Assembly (NCBI GenBank): GCA_036172245.1
Contig: JAYWIR010000074.1
Coordinates: 62,001 to 126,000, forward strand
Origin: Raillietiella orientalis
Lineage: Eukaryota
Reading direction: 5' to 3'
DNA length: 64,000 nt
Shown here: positions 13,201 to 27,600 of the stretch, in pieces
Layout: each line of letters starts with the position of its first letter
Position numbering within the stretch: position 1 is the first letter of the stretch
Translations under genes and position numbers: made by a program
Notes under the pieces: generated by a model
What the model was told of the DNA's origin: nothing
Databases searched by the model: none
The model's input: only the letters and a program-made list of their open reading frames with translations

Positions 13201-15676
13201 CTCCGTAACCTGAGGGAAGACTGTCCAAGGAGAACTGTTCGCAGAACTAGCGGACTGAACTCCTCATTATATCCCAGTCCGCGAGCGTCTCAAGATGGAT
13301 TCCTCGCAGGAATCTGCGTAGGTGTTCTGCTGCTCCTGCGAGGCGCAAGCAGTCCCCTAGCAAACGCCACGTTTAAGAGGGTGGGCCTCTTTCTCTAGGA
13401 TGCATCTCGAGCACAAGTCGAGGTTGGGTGGATAACGCGGAAAGCAATGTCCCCTGATTTCCCGCCCGCGTGCACAGGTGATGGTCGAGGAACACGTGGT
13501 CTATCCTTGTCTCCGTCCCATCGTCACTGGCCAACAAGTTGCGCGCTTTCATTGCTGCGCACATCTCGTTGACCAGTTGTGCTTGTGATCCGGGCGCACG
13601 TGCCAGCAAACGGACGTTAAAGTCCCCGGCAATCAGGTGTGCCCTTTTTATGTTCGTTTCGGCCAGCCAACCTCGCCGCAGACCTTCGAAGAACGGAGTG
13701 CGTTCGGCGGAGCTGTGGCTATCGCCTGGCGCGTACAAGTTCGTAATCACGAGGTCGATCGCGTCGGACCACTTGATCACAAGCTGCCCGATTTGATCTT
13801 CCCTGTCGAACTGCACGTCGCGCAGCGCCTGATCGACGGCTGTCTTGATAAAGAACGCTACACCGCGGGTGTGGTTTTGTCCGTTACGCCATGTGAGGTG
13901 CCCTCCTGCGATCGTTTCAATTTCCTGAACCTCTTTAGGATGGAGCACGTGCTTCTCCTGCAGGAGTGCCAGATCAAAATCTCACAAGATGGCGGCTATT
14001 GCTCTCCTCTTTCCGACTTCACGCAATCCGTTGACGTTCCAACTGATTACGCGCAATCGCCGGCGAGAGGAGAGTCCACGCGACGGTGTATTTATAATGA
14101 TGGGGTGATTGCCGCCTCCTGTTCAGGAGGCGGGAGAAGTGCATTAATTTCGACGGCTTGAGCCTCGCATGGAGGCTGTGCGTCCATCAAGAGAGGTGTA
14201 TCTTGATTAGGCAAGACCGCTTCCGGCGAGGTGTTGCCCTGCACTTTCGAAGATCGACGGAAGGTGCGTTGCCGGCTTCGGCTTCGGACTCGCTAGACTC
14301 TGGTCCTTTTGCCTCAGCCGGGAAGATCAAGGCATTTTCCTCGGCCTTGGGTGGCTGCTGGAACATGGCCACCAGTTCTTCCGTCGCTTTCCTGAAAGCT
14401 CCGTCTTCGCTGCTTACGCTCGATTCGCGACTTGGTAGCGGCGTCGGCTCATGCGCGACAGCAGGTTCAGCGGGAGTGACGTCATTGCATATGGATTTCG
14501 TAGCGGAGCGGTTGTCGATCTCCGGGACGCATCGAATTCTCACGCGGCATTCCTTAATGACCTGCCGAGGCGCGGCCTTGGCCTTGCCTTTGGAGATCGT
14601 CGCAGGGGCGGGCGCAGTTTTTTTAATAAATTTAATTTTTCGGGAGACCAGCTGCCAGCCTTCCTCGTCGGCAGTCTGTTTCGCATTCTCTTTTAATGAG
14701 TCCGCTGCTTGCTACACGACTTTTTCGGTCGACGGTCTTTCCGCGATTATATTTCGATTTATTTTAGCCGCTGTCTTCTCCTCAATGTTCTGGGAAGATT
14801 CCGACGGCAGTGGGGCGACGTTCATCAGGCACACCACTTTGGTGTGGCCCTTAGCGCCGCACGTGGGGCATAATGCGTCCGGGCATCTCTTTTTGAGATG
14901 CCAGAACGTCTTACATATGCCGCAAAACTTCGGCTTCCCCACATACCATACAACGACAAACTCGGTGCCGATCTGGAGTTTGTGGGGAAGTTCGCACCCC
15001 TCGCGACGAATCACGCGTGCGGCGACGAGCCCGTCAAAGGCAGCTCTAATACCGAAAGTGTTCTGCTTTCAGCACGTGGCATGAATCGCCGGGTATTTTT
15101 CAATTTTGGCGCGAATGGAGGTATCGTCCATTCGCACCGTTGTTCCCGTTAGGTGCATCACAATAGAACGGTCCACTGTGTAGGGAAGGATGTTGCGACC
15201 CTCCATCTGCACAGGCGTGCAGAGCAGTTTGTTAGTCAGAGCTGCATCTTTGCAGATTAACTCGGCAAACTGTCCGCCGCTGCGCACGGAGAGGCACGCA
15301 ATCTCCTCTTCCTTAATGCCCAACCTAAGGATGGCATTCCCAAATTTTCGCGCTCGGAGAGGCGAATATAAATTGTCTACCTTGTACAAGAGGGCGGGAT
15401 TATAGCACTTCTGTATGTAGGCCGCAATTTCCGCGGCAACGTCTGGCGTTCCGGCCACTGCCACCGCGCTCCATGCCCTCGCAGGGGCGGCGGGAATCGA
15501 TTGGGTGGTGGGGCGAGACCTCACCTCAGCAGGCTTGGAAGGCGGAGCTTTCCCGCCTCCCTTGCCTTTAACGCCTGCGTTTCCAGGCATCGCTGCCCGT
15601 CAAGAGCCGCGAAAGCACACGACACAATACAAAGGAACCCTTCTCTTGACGGAGCGCTTCGAAACACTTCCGTCGT
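13201..15676 (-). mobile_element. Element E (famE): 5' half of a LINE (leader, ORF1, APE), cut at LPSGYG by element D
   Basis: ORF1 pieces 15069..15590 and 14712..15014 with knuckles; APE 13373..13948 (NLYAP, GDFN, RIDH). Confidence 0.93.
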
Positions 15677-15755
15677 TTGTCAACCGGATATGCCGGGGCA
15701 TTTTTTATTCTAATTTGTTACAAAAATTAGATAATAAAGTCTTTTAAAAGATTTC
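15677..15755 (-). mobile_element. Element A2: ~80-bp 3'-terminal remnant of a famA LINE
   Basis: Reverse complement resembles the last 80 nt of A4 (48341-48420), including tgccccggcatatccggttgacaa. Confidence 0.85.
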
Positions 15756-18620
15756 TGTGTCTCCAGCTGGTATTCGCCGCATCGTAAGACGCTATTACTC
15801 CTCGCTATGCGTGGAAGCGCCTACGGAAAATATCTTTTCGGAGATACTTCTGTCCCAGGATGCTCCCGTTGTTAGCGAAGAAGAACGCGTATGTCTCGAC
15901 GTGTCCTTCTCGGTAGAGGAAATTTCCTCGGCTATCGCGGGAATCAAGATACGAAAAGCACCAGGTAAGGACGGGCTATCCGCGGAGTTCTATCAGAGCT
16001 TCTCTGAGGAACTCTTCCCTCTGGTGCTTAGCCTCTCCTCGTTGATGAGGGTCTCGGGGGATGTCCCCAATTCCTTCTGCTCAGCGAGGATGCGTCTCCT
16101 GCCGAAAGGTGGAGACGCACGCCATCTCAACAACTGGAGTCCCACCACCCTGGTGAACTCGGACGTCCAGTTGTTCTCTAAGCTGTGGGTTTCGCGGCTA
16201 GGGAGAATCGCGCAGTCCTTGATAAGGCCGGAGCAGACTTACGCTGTTCCCGGGACGTCCAGGTACGCGAATCTCCTGTTTGCCCGCACCTGGATGCAGC
16301 TGCAGGAGCGCGTAGCGCAGCAAAGCCGATCCGTGTCCAAGGCCGCTGCCAAAGGCATACGGTATCGACACAAGCGGCAGAACGGTACGCCAGGTGCCTT
16401 GGCAGTCGCAGTAGACCTGCACAAGGCGTTCGATTTGGTAAACCAAGGGCTCTTATTAAAGCTCTTGGAACCCCTGGGTCTCCCGGCGCATCTCCTGAAG
16501 TACTTACGCGCTTGCTGGCGCCACGCGCTAACCTGCATTTCTTTTAGCGGCTGCCACGTGTACGGTATTGCCGTGCGCAGGGGCATCACACAGGGTGACA
16601 GCTTCAGCCCGTTGCTCTTCAGCATCTTCTTCGAGTTGGTGCTGAGGGCGTACAGGCTAACGCTGGAGTACCTGCCTAGCTCCTACCCGGGTACGCCTGC
16701 CGTGGCTGCCTATGCAGATGACCTGCTTTCTCTGCTCCCTGTGTCCACCCCGGCGTCCAGTGTCGAAGATTTTTTCGAACAGATTCGTCGGGGAGCGAGC
16801 GGGGGTGTGAACCTGAAGAAGAGCGTGGTCGTACCTGTAGGAGCATCGTGGATGGGGCATTACGACTAGATACGCCTCAAGATCCCCACGGCAGGGAATT
16901 TGAAGTATCTTGGTGTTCCGCTGGGTGAGAGCGGTTCTGCTGAGGCGTGGTCAGACTGCATTCCAAAGGTAGAGTTGGCAACCTGCCCGTTCACTAACGG
17001 CAAGCTCACTTTGCTGGAACGGGCAACTATTTTTAACACCTTCGTAATTCCCCTCCTTCGACCCCTGTTTTTTCTCTCGGATGTCCCCTACGCTGGCAAA
17101 GAGCAAGCAAAACTCCTGCTAAGGAACGCTTTCTAGGGTCCAACGCGATTCAGGATCAGCCTGAAAGACCTAGCAGCACCACGTCGGGATGCTGGTCTTG
17201 GCATCCTTACGATGGAGAGAATCGGACTGCAGGTGCAGTTTCGGATAATCGCACTGTGTGCCGAGCTATGGACTTATCCTCTCTGTGCGCCTCCGCGCAT
17301 ACTCCTAAAAAGGTGTGCAGGCTGTGAAGAACTTCTTCCCTTGGTGCCTGGCATGCGTCACAGGAAACAGGGATTTGGCCATCCTCTGAGGCAAATCGCC
17401 TTCCTATTGGATGACAATGCGTGGATTTCCTGATGCCCGATGAACTACAATGCTTGGCGGCAGGAATCTATTGATTCTTGGGCTGCATTCTTAGGAATGA
17501 GCCGTGAAGATCTCTAGCCCCTGCGTCGATTTCAACTTTGGTCCCACCAAGATGTAATGCAGGACACGCTGAAGTTTTCCTACCTAGCCGCCACGCCCCT
17601 CGACGAAGCACTCTCTGCACTCGAGGATGGAGATGACAGTAGCCAGCCTGTGAACTGGCAGTTCTCCTGCACCATTGCAGGAAGAACAAAACCAGTTGGA
17701 GAATGGGCCGCGAACGAGCTTGCGGATGCCGCCACTCCTCGTGCAACACCAAAGGGACTACTTCGGTGGAGAGAAGCACTAGGTGTTGCTCCCGAGGAAC
17801 TTACAATCCCTCCTTGGTGTTTGGACGGTTGGTGTTTACCTTTGCATGGAAGCAAGACGTCTTGCCGTTCTTGCACTGGGGCTTGCGCTACAACAAGCGG
17901 CGCCACCGAGTTTCCGGTGCGGTGGCTTCTCCCTACTGTGCCCGGTGCGGGGCGACGGAGTCGTTCCCGCACCTTTTTATGGACAGCGGTGCCCTCCTCG
18001 AACCCTAAAGGAGGCTAGCAGCAGCTCTCCCTCCTCCGGATGACACTGCTCGAGAAGTGCTGCGACGGTTCTTCCAGCCACAAGGACTATCGATGGCTGC
18101 GACGATTTCCACTGTTGGTTGCATCCACGCCATCGTCACGGTCCGAGACGTGCAGGAGAACACTGGACAGCAATGTTGTGTCACCAGGAAGGCAGCTGAA
18201 TTCATCAGGTCGGCTGCTGGGTGGCGACACATATATGAAGACACAATGGAGCAGCTAACCGGTATCCATCGCCGGATGAGCAACGGCTTAGAACGAAGAA
18301 CCCGGTGATCCGCCCTCATTTTATTTTTAATTTTGTTCTTTTCTCGCATCTTTTTCCCTATACACTTCGCAGTGGTTTTGGTGCTAAAACTTTTGACTTT
18401 AACAGGGACTGCACAGCGTCACCAAAGTTCCCTGGCCCACTCCTCCCATTAACAATTTTTTTTTTTTTTTTGGACTCCCCTCAGTCGTCCATGTTCTTCC
18501 GTTTTCCTGGTCTTCGTGCCAGTAGTGGAACTCCGCTGCATGTTTTGATAGTCCTGTGCTGGAAACAACTATTTCTAGCTCGTTTATATAGATAAACGTA
18601 CCGGCGTGAGCGGGTAAAAA
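15756..18620 (+). mobile_element. Element F (famF): 5'-truncated LINE, RT to 3' end
   Basis: ORF 15757..16869 has KAPGKDG, DLHKAFD, QGDSFSPLLF, YADD; CARCGATESFPHLFMD; stop 18308; terminal box gcgggtaaaaa 18610-18620. Confidence 0.95.
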
Positions 18621-20502
18621 ATTTCAACGTTCACTTAAAACCAAATCGGCAGAATCACGAGCGCAACCTGGTCAACGAGGTGTGCATGACGGTGCACACC
18701 TGTAATTTGTTGGCTAGTGCACCGGGAATGGAGGACAGTATCGACCACGTGTTCCTTGATCAGCATCTGTGCACTCGCGTGGGCAGGCGCGGCAAAGTAC
18801 CATGCGAGCTGTCCGACCAACGATAGTTCTCGAAATCCATCCGCGCGACAAGGACCCTCCTCGTCAGCGTTGCGTCTCCCAAAGGACTAACTGAAGCTCT
18901 TGGACGCGGCGAAACATCTCCGCACGTCCATACGGAGCATCAGACTACGGACACTCTAGGATTGGGACCGCTTCAAGCGGTCGCTCCAGGAGTTCTGCGA
19001 CCAGTTCCCTATGCACCGCCTACCTACGGGTTGCGGGACAGGGGTCCGCAACGAACGAGCCTATCTGCAAACCCGTCGTTACACCAGGACTTATAACATC
19101 CGCAGTCTGACTGAATACGAAACAGGAGCGGAGAGACAATTCTGGCAGTCCGGATCGGCCAGCTTGCAGGAGTCAGAAACACTCGCCACTCGCCCAAATC
19201 CGCGGCCTCCCGCGGAGATACAACTCCTCCCTGTATGCCAGAGTACCTTCGGAGAGGAACCTCTCACGACTCCTGCTTCCGGCAGGCGCTCCAGCGATCA
19301 AGGAGGAGCAGAGACAGACCCTCGACGAGCCTTTCACCATGCACGATCTCTTCTCGGCTATCGGAAAGCTCAAGAAACGCAAGGCTCCAGGAAACGACGG
19401 CCTGCCCGTGGAGTTTCACTAAACTTTCCCGGCTGAGCTTATCACCCTGGTACAACAACTCTCCTTGCTGATACGCGAAACAGGTGAGGTTCCCGCCTCG
19501 TTTCGTTCGGCAATGGTGCGCAATGCTGCTCCTCCCTAAGGGAGAAGATCTGAGGAGCATGAACAATTGGCGTTTCATCACAATAGTCAATCCGGACGCC
19601 AAGTTGCTAGCGCAGGTTTAAGCGGAGCGGCAGGGACGGGTTGCAAACGCCTTCATCAGATCGGAGCAGACGCCTGCTGTTGCCGGGCGAAGAATAGAGG
19701 CGAACCTGTTCCACGCTTTCACCTGGCTAGAGCTCCAACAAGAAAGGAGCTTGCTGCATAGCCGAAATTTTGATGCGTGCGCAGGCAAAGGGTCGGATGA
19801 TCGGGTGGGGGAGGGAGCCTTTGCGTTCGCAGTCGATTTGCGGAAAGCATTCGATTGCGTCGACAAGAATCTCCTTCTGGAGCTTCTGGAACGCTTGGGA
19901 TTTTCGGTTTCTTTGCTGACCTACCTGCGATCCTGCTGGCGCGACGCGCTCATCCAGATATTTTGCAGTGGACACACCGTCCACGGCGTACCGGTGGGAC
20001 GTGGCATACGGCAGGGAGACAGCCTGAGCCCCCTGCTCTTCAGCGCCTTTTTCGAATTGGTGCTGAGAGCATACAGGGAGACTCTTGCGCACCTTCCGCG
20101 CGATTGTCCCGGTACGCCTGCGGTTTAGGCATACGCGGACGATCTTCTGCTACTGATCATTATGTCCACCACGGCTTCGGCGGTCGAGGAGTTCTTCGAT
20201 CTGCTGCATCGGGGAACCGGACTTATGGTGAACAGGGCGAAGTCGTCCGTGATGCTAGTTGGTGCGGCGTGGGCAGGGAACCAGGACTGGGTCCGTCTGG
20301 GGATTCTTACGGCGAGGTACTTAAAGTACCTTGGTGTGCCGTTGTGGGACTACTCACCTGCGGAAGCGTGGTCCGGCTGCCTTCAGAATGTTGATACGGC
20401 TATCGGCCCGTTCCGAGGCGGCAGGTTTTTCCTGCCTGAACGGGCCGCGGTTTGGAACACGTTCGTGGCTCCTCTCCTCTGCCCTCTGCTTTTTGTTTGC
20501 CA
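18621..20502 (+). mobile_element. Element G (famD, N-type APE): internal ORF2 fragment from APE (D)FNV to LLFVC
   Basis: Starts atttcaacgtt, matching N 58702; DLRKAFD, QGDSLSPLLF, YADD; many stops. Confidence 0.9.
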
Positions 20503-21578
20503 CACGTTCGAACGGTAGTGCCTGGTTGCAGGAAACCGTTCGAACGTGGGGACAGTTCGGAATGCAACGCTCCCCACAGGGACGAAGGTTCCTGTTTGGA
20601 GGTTACAGAAGTTGCACGCTTTGTGAGTTCCTGGAGGATCCAAAGAAGAGAGCGTGGGCATGAAGAACCCCCCTTGCTGCCGCGCTGCCCTACCTGATGG
20701 AAGATCTGGACAGCGATGTTGCGGCGAAGTGAGAGGTTACAGTTGCAATCTTCGGGAAGGAGAAGAAGATAGGAGAGTGGAAGGCGGGTTAGCTATCTGA
20801 CGCTGCCACCCCGAGTATGCCTTCTAATAGACTTCTTCGCTGGGGCGCGCTGCTTGACGTTCCCATCGAATGTCTGAAGTGGCCCCGGTACATATGGACA
20901 CCTTCACTGTCCCCTTCAAATGGCAGTAGTTGGCTCTCCTGGTGCGGCACTGGGGACTCTTCTGCAACGCCTGCCGACGCCAATGGACCTGTGGAACGGT
21001 GGACCTCAATTGCGTCCGGTGTGGGGAACGGGATTCCCTTCCCTACCTGCTTTTGGATCGTGTTGCCCTTTGGCCCCTTTGATTCCGCTTCGCCGCGGCC
21101 ATTCGAATCCCCTCCGACAACCCCAGGGACGCTCTGAAATCCCTCTTCGTTGCCGACGCCCTTTGGCCAGCGGCCTTGTTAGCAGCCCTGTTCTGCCTAC
21201 GCGGGATCGTCGCCGCCTGGAGCAAGGCTACGGGAGGACCACACGACCAGGGTGTTATCCAGCCAGCCTCCGAATTCCTGAGGAGGGCGTCGCGATGGCG
21301 TCACCCGGATCCAAGCATACAGCATGAGCTTGCCGGCATCCTGCAAAGGATGGAATGGCTCCACTAGCTACAGTGATCCCTTCCTGGTCGATCTCAATCA
21401 TTCTTTTCTTTTTGTTTTGTTTCTTGTTTTTTTCCTCTTTCCCCCTCCGCCGTGGTGGACCGTACCTTTCTGCGAACTCTGTGTTTCTTCGTTCGTTGCT
21501 GGGCAATGGTCCAGCCACTGCACTTCTTTTTTAAAGTTTATTGTTTCTGTAAAGGCCCCAGGAAAATCCGGGGGAAAA
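20503..21578 (+). mobile_element. Element H (famH): 3' part of a LINE
   Basis: Collinear with element O (62430-63519); zinc-finger remnant; terminal box ccgggggaaaa 21568-21578. Confidence 0.9.
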
Positions 21579-22095
21579 TCGAACGCCTTATCGTCTGCGA
21601 GCGCTAGGGTTCCCTTCCCCTCCCGGGGATACGTTTCCAGCCCGGCATGCGGCCCCAATGTTGGGTTGCCGATTTTTCCTTTCCCTTTCTATTGTCTCCT
21701 CTGCAAGTGCACCCATGTGCTTGCTAAGAAGAGGTTGGCATCCATACTTTGCCCGGGAACAACATTATTCTGCTCCGGGCTAATTACGGTTTCTGTTACC
21801 TGTCCCAGACGCGAAGCGCGTCGCCCTGCTAGAAGCTTGTCGTCCGTATTCACGATGGTGATCGGACGCCAGTTCTTTAAATCTCTGAGGTATCCCCCTT
21901 TCGGAAGAAGCCTCACTCTGGCTGACCGAAACGAGGCGGGAACATCGCCTTTGTCTCCGATCAGCCTTATCAACTGAAGCAGCAGGGGTGCCAGCTCTTC
22001 CGCGAAGCTCTGAAGGAACTCCGCGGGCAAGCCGTCTTCCCCTGAAGTTCTACGCTTCTTGAGATTTTGATACCGGCGAGAATTTCGTCGCTGGT
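21579..22095 (-). mobile_element. Element I (famC): internal RT fragment from TSDEIL to KAFD
   Basis: ORF 21689..22120 (GLPAEF, LLPKGG, NWRPITIVN) is nearly the same as C and L. Confidence 0.9.
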
Positions 22096-24340
22096 TTGCC
22101 ACCCGGATATGCCGGGGCATTTAATAATCTAATCTTTACAGAATTAGTTATTAATCATTAAACAGTTTGTTGTGGGAAAACACTCGGCTTTTCTACGCTA
22201 GCAGACGTGTCGGGAGCGGATTCCTGAACCGGCAAGGTCCTCTCCCGAGGCGCAGGGGAATGGAAACCTGAAAAAAAAAGAAACAAAAAGAGAAATAATA
22301 GGGAGGGAAGCAGTTATATGGGGGAGCGGGAAGCAGGGGAGATATCAATTGTAGCCTGGGTTGGGGCTCGGCATCCTATTCAAAATGCAGACAAGTTCTG
22401 TTGTTGTGATGGGAGGTAGACGCTACAATTCCGCCGTCTCCTAAGAGATCGTCGTCCAGTGGATGGCGTCCCTGCATCTTGGGCCTCTTCTTCTGGCGTG
22501 CACCCTTTGCACGATGCCGCGCACTCAGCAGACGATTCCTAGAGATGTAGCGGGGCGCAGGCCCTCACGCAGAAAGAAGTGACGGAAAGCTTCCTTCGTG
22601 ACGTCTACTGGAATATGGTGGATTGGGCGATTCTACTCCAGAGTCCAACCAGGGCGACATACTCGAGGGTAAGAGGCGGAAGTTCTCCCTTTTATTGCAC
22701 TCCACGCATAGGGCATCCACGTTCCCCAGTGTCCAGTGAGACAGGCGTGCTCTCCTTAACAGTCCCCTGTGCAGAAATAGCAACGCCGTATCCTGCCACT
22801 TTAACGGAAGGGTGCCGCAATCTCAACACGCAGGTGGCCACTTTACCTCCCCCGGAAGTATACCGAGCAGCTCTCCCCAGCGTTGAGTTTTTGAGACAAA
22901 CACTCGGGCTGGTTACGTTTGCTAGCTCCCGAGTCGTCCACGCTTTTAAAAGTTTTTTCCTTCCTTAGATGATGCAGGACACTTTCCACATTGCTCCTTC
23001 GCTGCTGCTCTCAATGTTCTCCCGGGAGCATAGAACGGGGGCTGGAGGAGTAAACGAAGACCACAGAAGCATCCTGGGAGTGTAGATAATCTCCTGCAGC
23101 GGCAGTCGAACGTACGGTCCTCGACGTAGGGAGCGTAGGGAGTTTATTCCGTTTCGCTCAAGTTGTTGATCTTAGCCCACGCAGAGACTGACACCTGGAG
23201 CCAGGCAGTGCAGTTCGCGGGGAGGCAGGAGATCCAGGTATTCTCCCTCATCAGGGCGACCATCTGGCGCAAATGAAGGCCACAGTTGGAGAGGCTGTGC
23301 TTGTAGGCCACGAGGATCGAGGACAATCCTTCGCAGCCAGTCGCTCTTCTGGCGAGGAGCCGTGCCGGATCGCACCATTGCGTCATCCATAAGCTAGCCG
23401 CAAGGGCTAACTTTCGAAGTGTTGTTTGTAGTTCGATGCTCTCCAACGTAAGGAGGCCCAAGCCACCATCCCTGCGTGGAGCGCACAAGTCTTTCAATCG
23501 GACTTGCGACCTCGCTGTGCCCCAAAGGGCAGTCCTCAAGAGGGCTTCGGTCCGTCTCTGTATGATGGCAGGGGCAGGGCAAACAAAAAGTAAGGGGCGA
23601 AGGAGGGGGGCCGCGAACGCGTTCGACACCGCGGCCCGCTCCTGCAAGTAAAACTTTCCGTTCCGGAACGGGCTGATCGCCAACTCCACCTTTTGCAGGC
23701 GGTCGGACCAGGCTTCTGATTGATAGAAGGCGCCCAACGGAACGCCAAGGAACTTGAAGCTCCTTCCCATGGAGATCCCCAAGCGGATCCAGTCTGACCG
23801 CCCGGCCCACGCCGTAGTCGAAGATGTCGGAACAATCATGGATTTTTCCCTGTTCACCTCGAGGCCCGTCCCGCGGCGCAGCAACTCAATTCAATCTTCG
23901 AGCGCCGACGACAGGGTGGACCCGGGGAGCAGGAGCAGAAGGTCGTCGGCGTAGACCGACACGGCAGTCGTGCCGGCACACGAGCTCGCCAGGGTTGCCA
24001 GAGTCTGCCTGTATGCCCTCGAAGTAGCTCGAAGTAGATGCTAAAGAGCAAGGGGCTCAGACTGTCACCATGTTTTATGCCACGCCGAACCGGCACGCCG
24101 TACTCTCACCGCCCGCTGAAAGTGATGTTGATTAGAGCGAAGCGACAGCAGGAGCGCAGGAAAGCCCTGAAGACGGCCAGGAATCCCAAGCGTTCCAAGA
24201 GCTTCAGGAGGTGTTCCTGGTCAACGCAGACGAACGCTTTACGCATATCGACTGTGACCGCAAGGGTTACGGGCTCGGCTCTTCCACCAAGGGCTTTCTC
24301 ACCCTCGTCAGCGGAGCGACAATGAAGAATGCGCCGTGAT
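22096..24340 (-). mobile_element. Element A3 (famA): 5'-truncated LINE, RT to 3' end
   Basis: VDMRKAF, HGDSLSPLLF, YADD, FKFLGVPLG (23144..23884); terminal box at 22096-22106; 5' boundary approximate. Confidence 0.9.
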
Positions 24341-24379
24341 TCATGTGTAGTGGCGTATGCTTAACCGTTTTAGGTTCAG

Positions 24380-24630
24380 GGCCGCTTTCAGTGGACGTGT
24401 TGCAAAACGCGCGACCTTGCGCAATGGTTTCGAACTTTCCAGCTCAGAGGCGAGTTCGCCGACATCGAAGGAGTGAGTAAGTCAGAGTTTTGCGTAATCC
24501 GTAAGACGTTCGGGCATCTCAAAAAGAGATGCGTAGACGCACTATGACCCACTTGTGGCAAGAAGGGTGATACCAAAGTGGTGTGCCCCAATAACGTCGC
24601 TCCGCCACCGTCGAAATCTTCCCTAGAAAA
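24380..24630 (+). mobile_element. Old ORF1 zinc-knuckle fragment (famE)
   Basis: Translates FCVIRKTFGHLKKRCVDAL*PTCGKKGDTKVVCPNNVAP, matching ORF1 of E and K. Confidence 0.85.
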
Positions 24631-27600
24631 TAAGGAATTCTTACTTTGCATTAAGTTGGCATTAAAGAATGCACAAAAATAAGAAAAAATTAAAGTTTTC
24701 TCTACAGAATGGATTTGAACATTTCAAGTTGAAATGCATTTTTTATTTTCGCAAGGATACTTAGAAATTCAGACCCCTGTTCTCCTGGATCAATCTACCT
24801 AAAATTTTGACTTTCCAAACGAGTGTGTTTATGTCTCTGTGAAGACTAGTGAATGGGTATTCGGAGGTTACCAGAAAGTAAGTAAAGTTACCGGTGGCCT
24901 GGTATTGGTTGCGAGGATGAAAAATGAACAGTTGGTGTATTGATATCAAACGCATTTTTGTACATTAAGAGGTTTTGGTAGAAAAGCTGTAAGCTTGAAT
25001 AAGTTCTACAGTTGAGTCCATGGCATCAAGTGGGAATTAGGGTATGAGGATGATGGGACCATTTTAGAATGCCTAGGAGAGAATTTTTTCTGTGGTGGTG
25101 ATGATGAAACGATGTGGGTTGAATTTTGAGATTTGTGCTTCTATGAGTGAAGGGAGAGGAAATGATGCGTTTCGTTTCCACGTTGCGTGCATTGGATAAG
25201 CCATATTGCAGAAATGTGATGGATGGAGATAGTTGTATGGAAGGTCGCAATGGGATGGTAAATCAGAAAGGTTCGGAGAGGAGAGTAGGTGCCGAGAATG
25301 TTTATGTGCAGATGACAGGAGACAAGAGGGTCCAAAACAGAGCAACGAAGACATTGGGAGATACTTCAGAGAAGTCATCGGAAAGAAGAATCGCTAACAG
25401 ATTGTCTCTGCTCACCTGAGTGGTGTACGCAGGGCGCACGAAAACTTGCCATCGCCCCTGGAATCCCGAGATGAAAATAACTTGGTGAGAAGGAGTGGAT
25501 TTATGCCGTCGTGATCCATCAAAAATTTTTCTTAACTACTTCCTTCAGAACACATTCGTTGCGACAATTCTTTCAATTCACCGTGAAGACGCCTACGATG
25601 CATCCTCTGTGGGAAGTATGGAAGCTCCAGGAGACATGCTTGCGATGTTCTACCTGCATGATCTGCAGGAAAGCTCGCACGTTTCAAGTGGAAACTCGAA
25701 TTGGGAGCATATCGTTGCAAGAACTGAGGTGCCTGCTGCAGTAGCCTGACTCAGCCGTTGTGATTTCCTGAGTGTTGTTTTCAAACCTGGCTCCGAACAC
25801 ATGAGATTACTGGAGACGCATCCTGAAGTTTATATTCACCCACAGTTCTAAGAGTAGTCCACGTACGGCTCAAACTTCTGGCTCATCTCAAGATTGCAAT
25901 TCTGAGTATGCAGGCTCAATACTTTACAGAAACACATAACTTTGGTTGTTTTCAAGTGTTACAAAAGCTAAAGCACTTATGATTTGATTTCGCAGATGCA
26001 ATTCCAGATTGCATACAAAAAAGCAGGAGAAGGTAGAAAGCGCTCATCTTAGATTTAAATGAAACTCAAGAAATTTGAAAGCAATTATTCTCAAGTTTTC
26101 TGTGCAGATTATGATCACCATTCGCATACAAGTGACACAAGCTGCAGCATTCGCCTTTCTCGTAACAGTTCACGTATTTTCGGAGATGCTCGGCAGCAGT
26201 GTAGGGCCGTGACTGCTTCTGCATCGCGGATGTTATCCTAGCTGGTCAGCTTCGTTCCCTTCCGTCCATTCATTCTTCGCTATTGAGCTGCTTGCCTCAG
26301 GCTGCAGATTCTGGAAACTCACCCATCGCCGCGTGTGCTTTACAACGGCGAAGCCTCGAGTTCGCTCCCCATTCATCGAGCAATGCGCTGTGCTTCTGCC
26401 GAGAAATATCCTTGTAGGGAGCCATCAGTTAAACTCATCTGAAAGCTTTCAGTAACAGTACTGATTTCTGTGCATGAACAGGTCAGATGATCAGGTGACA
26501 TTTGACTCGCATGCACCGCGCTTGCGACCTGGCTTTAATGTGTGCACTGCAGTTCGTGAGGACAAGAAACGAAAGACACCGACCTAATGGTCTTACGTTT
26601 GAAAGCTCTGCTGATTGATGGGCGTCTTTGGTGGTTCCTCTATTTTAGGAAATGAGAATAAATGAGAACGAAAAACTGTTTATTTCTTCACTACAAAGAA
26701 AAAAATGATAAGTCTTTCTCTCATTATCAGTTGCTTGCATGGTATTCTTCGGGAGCGTATTATACGAAGTCTACACGAAAGGAAGCACCTGGCGTGAATT
26801 CCAGCCAGCATGAGGAGTGTTTATTGAAACTGCACGTTACACTGAACGGAGTTATTATTGACATGTGATCGTCCAACTCTATGACGGAACTGGAATAAAT
26901 AAAGTTAGGGTTATAATGAAAAACATGAACTTTGAAAATGAAGGCTCTCTATGAATGGTAGTTTATGTGCTTTTATTCCGTGAATTCTGTGAACGCAATG
27001 GATGATTCTCATGAGAAGTTTGGATTAGGGCTTTAACATTTGCGTCTCTGGAACTGTGTTGAGATCAAGAAAAATTGTTATGTGCAGTTTGCCACCCCGA
27101 GCCACCCAATTAGGTTGATAATCGTTGCGAGGCTCCATTGCCTTGCAAGTTTATCAAAGGTGATATAAAAATCACGAAAAGACAACATCGTTGATCATCG
27201 ACATGCTTTTATGCCTTTCAAAATGCGGAAGATGGAAAGCACCGAGTTGCGCGTTCATACTGTGATGAAAATCGCATTTAGACGCAGCACAGATGTCCCC
27301 GTTTGAATTGCATGTCGTATTTGTGAGGGAACTAAGCAACGTCCAGTCTTAGATGCCGAAATGGAGGCAAAGCACAGTCTCTTACCCAACTATAGGTGTG
27401 AATGTGCAAGTAGTGTAACAGGGAGTTCCCATTAAGGAAACTTTAACATACTGCGGGAATCCGTCGTCAGTCTGACAAAATCGATATGGCATTTCTCAGA
27501 GCGTATTGTCATCTTACCGTGAAATCGATCGAGCATCGTTCGGTACGGTCTGTTCTCCATAAATTAGGTCCCCATCGTAGCTTGCAAGCATCCAGAGACG

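Noticed and set aside
7580..13290. C and E as two halves of one element with a long TSD around D
   Set aside because: The overlapping linker segments are homologous but clearly different; C matches L and E matches K
1..24630. RIP or strong CpG-methylation decay
   Set aside because: Elements remain GC- and CpG-rich; by eye the stops and frameshifts look like ordinary decay (not quantified)
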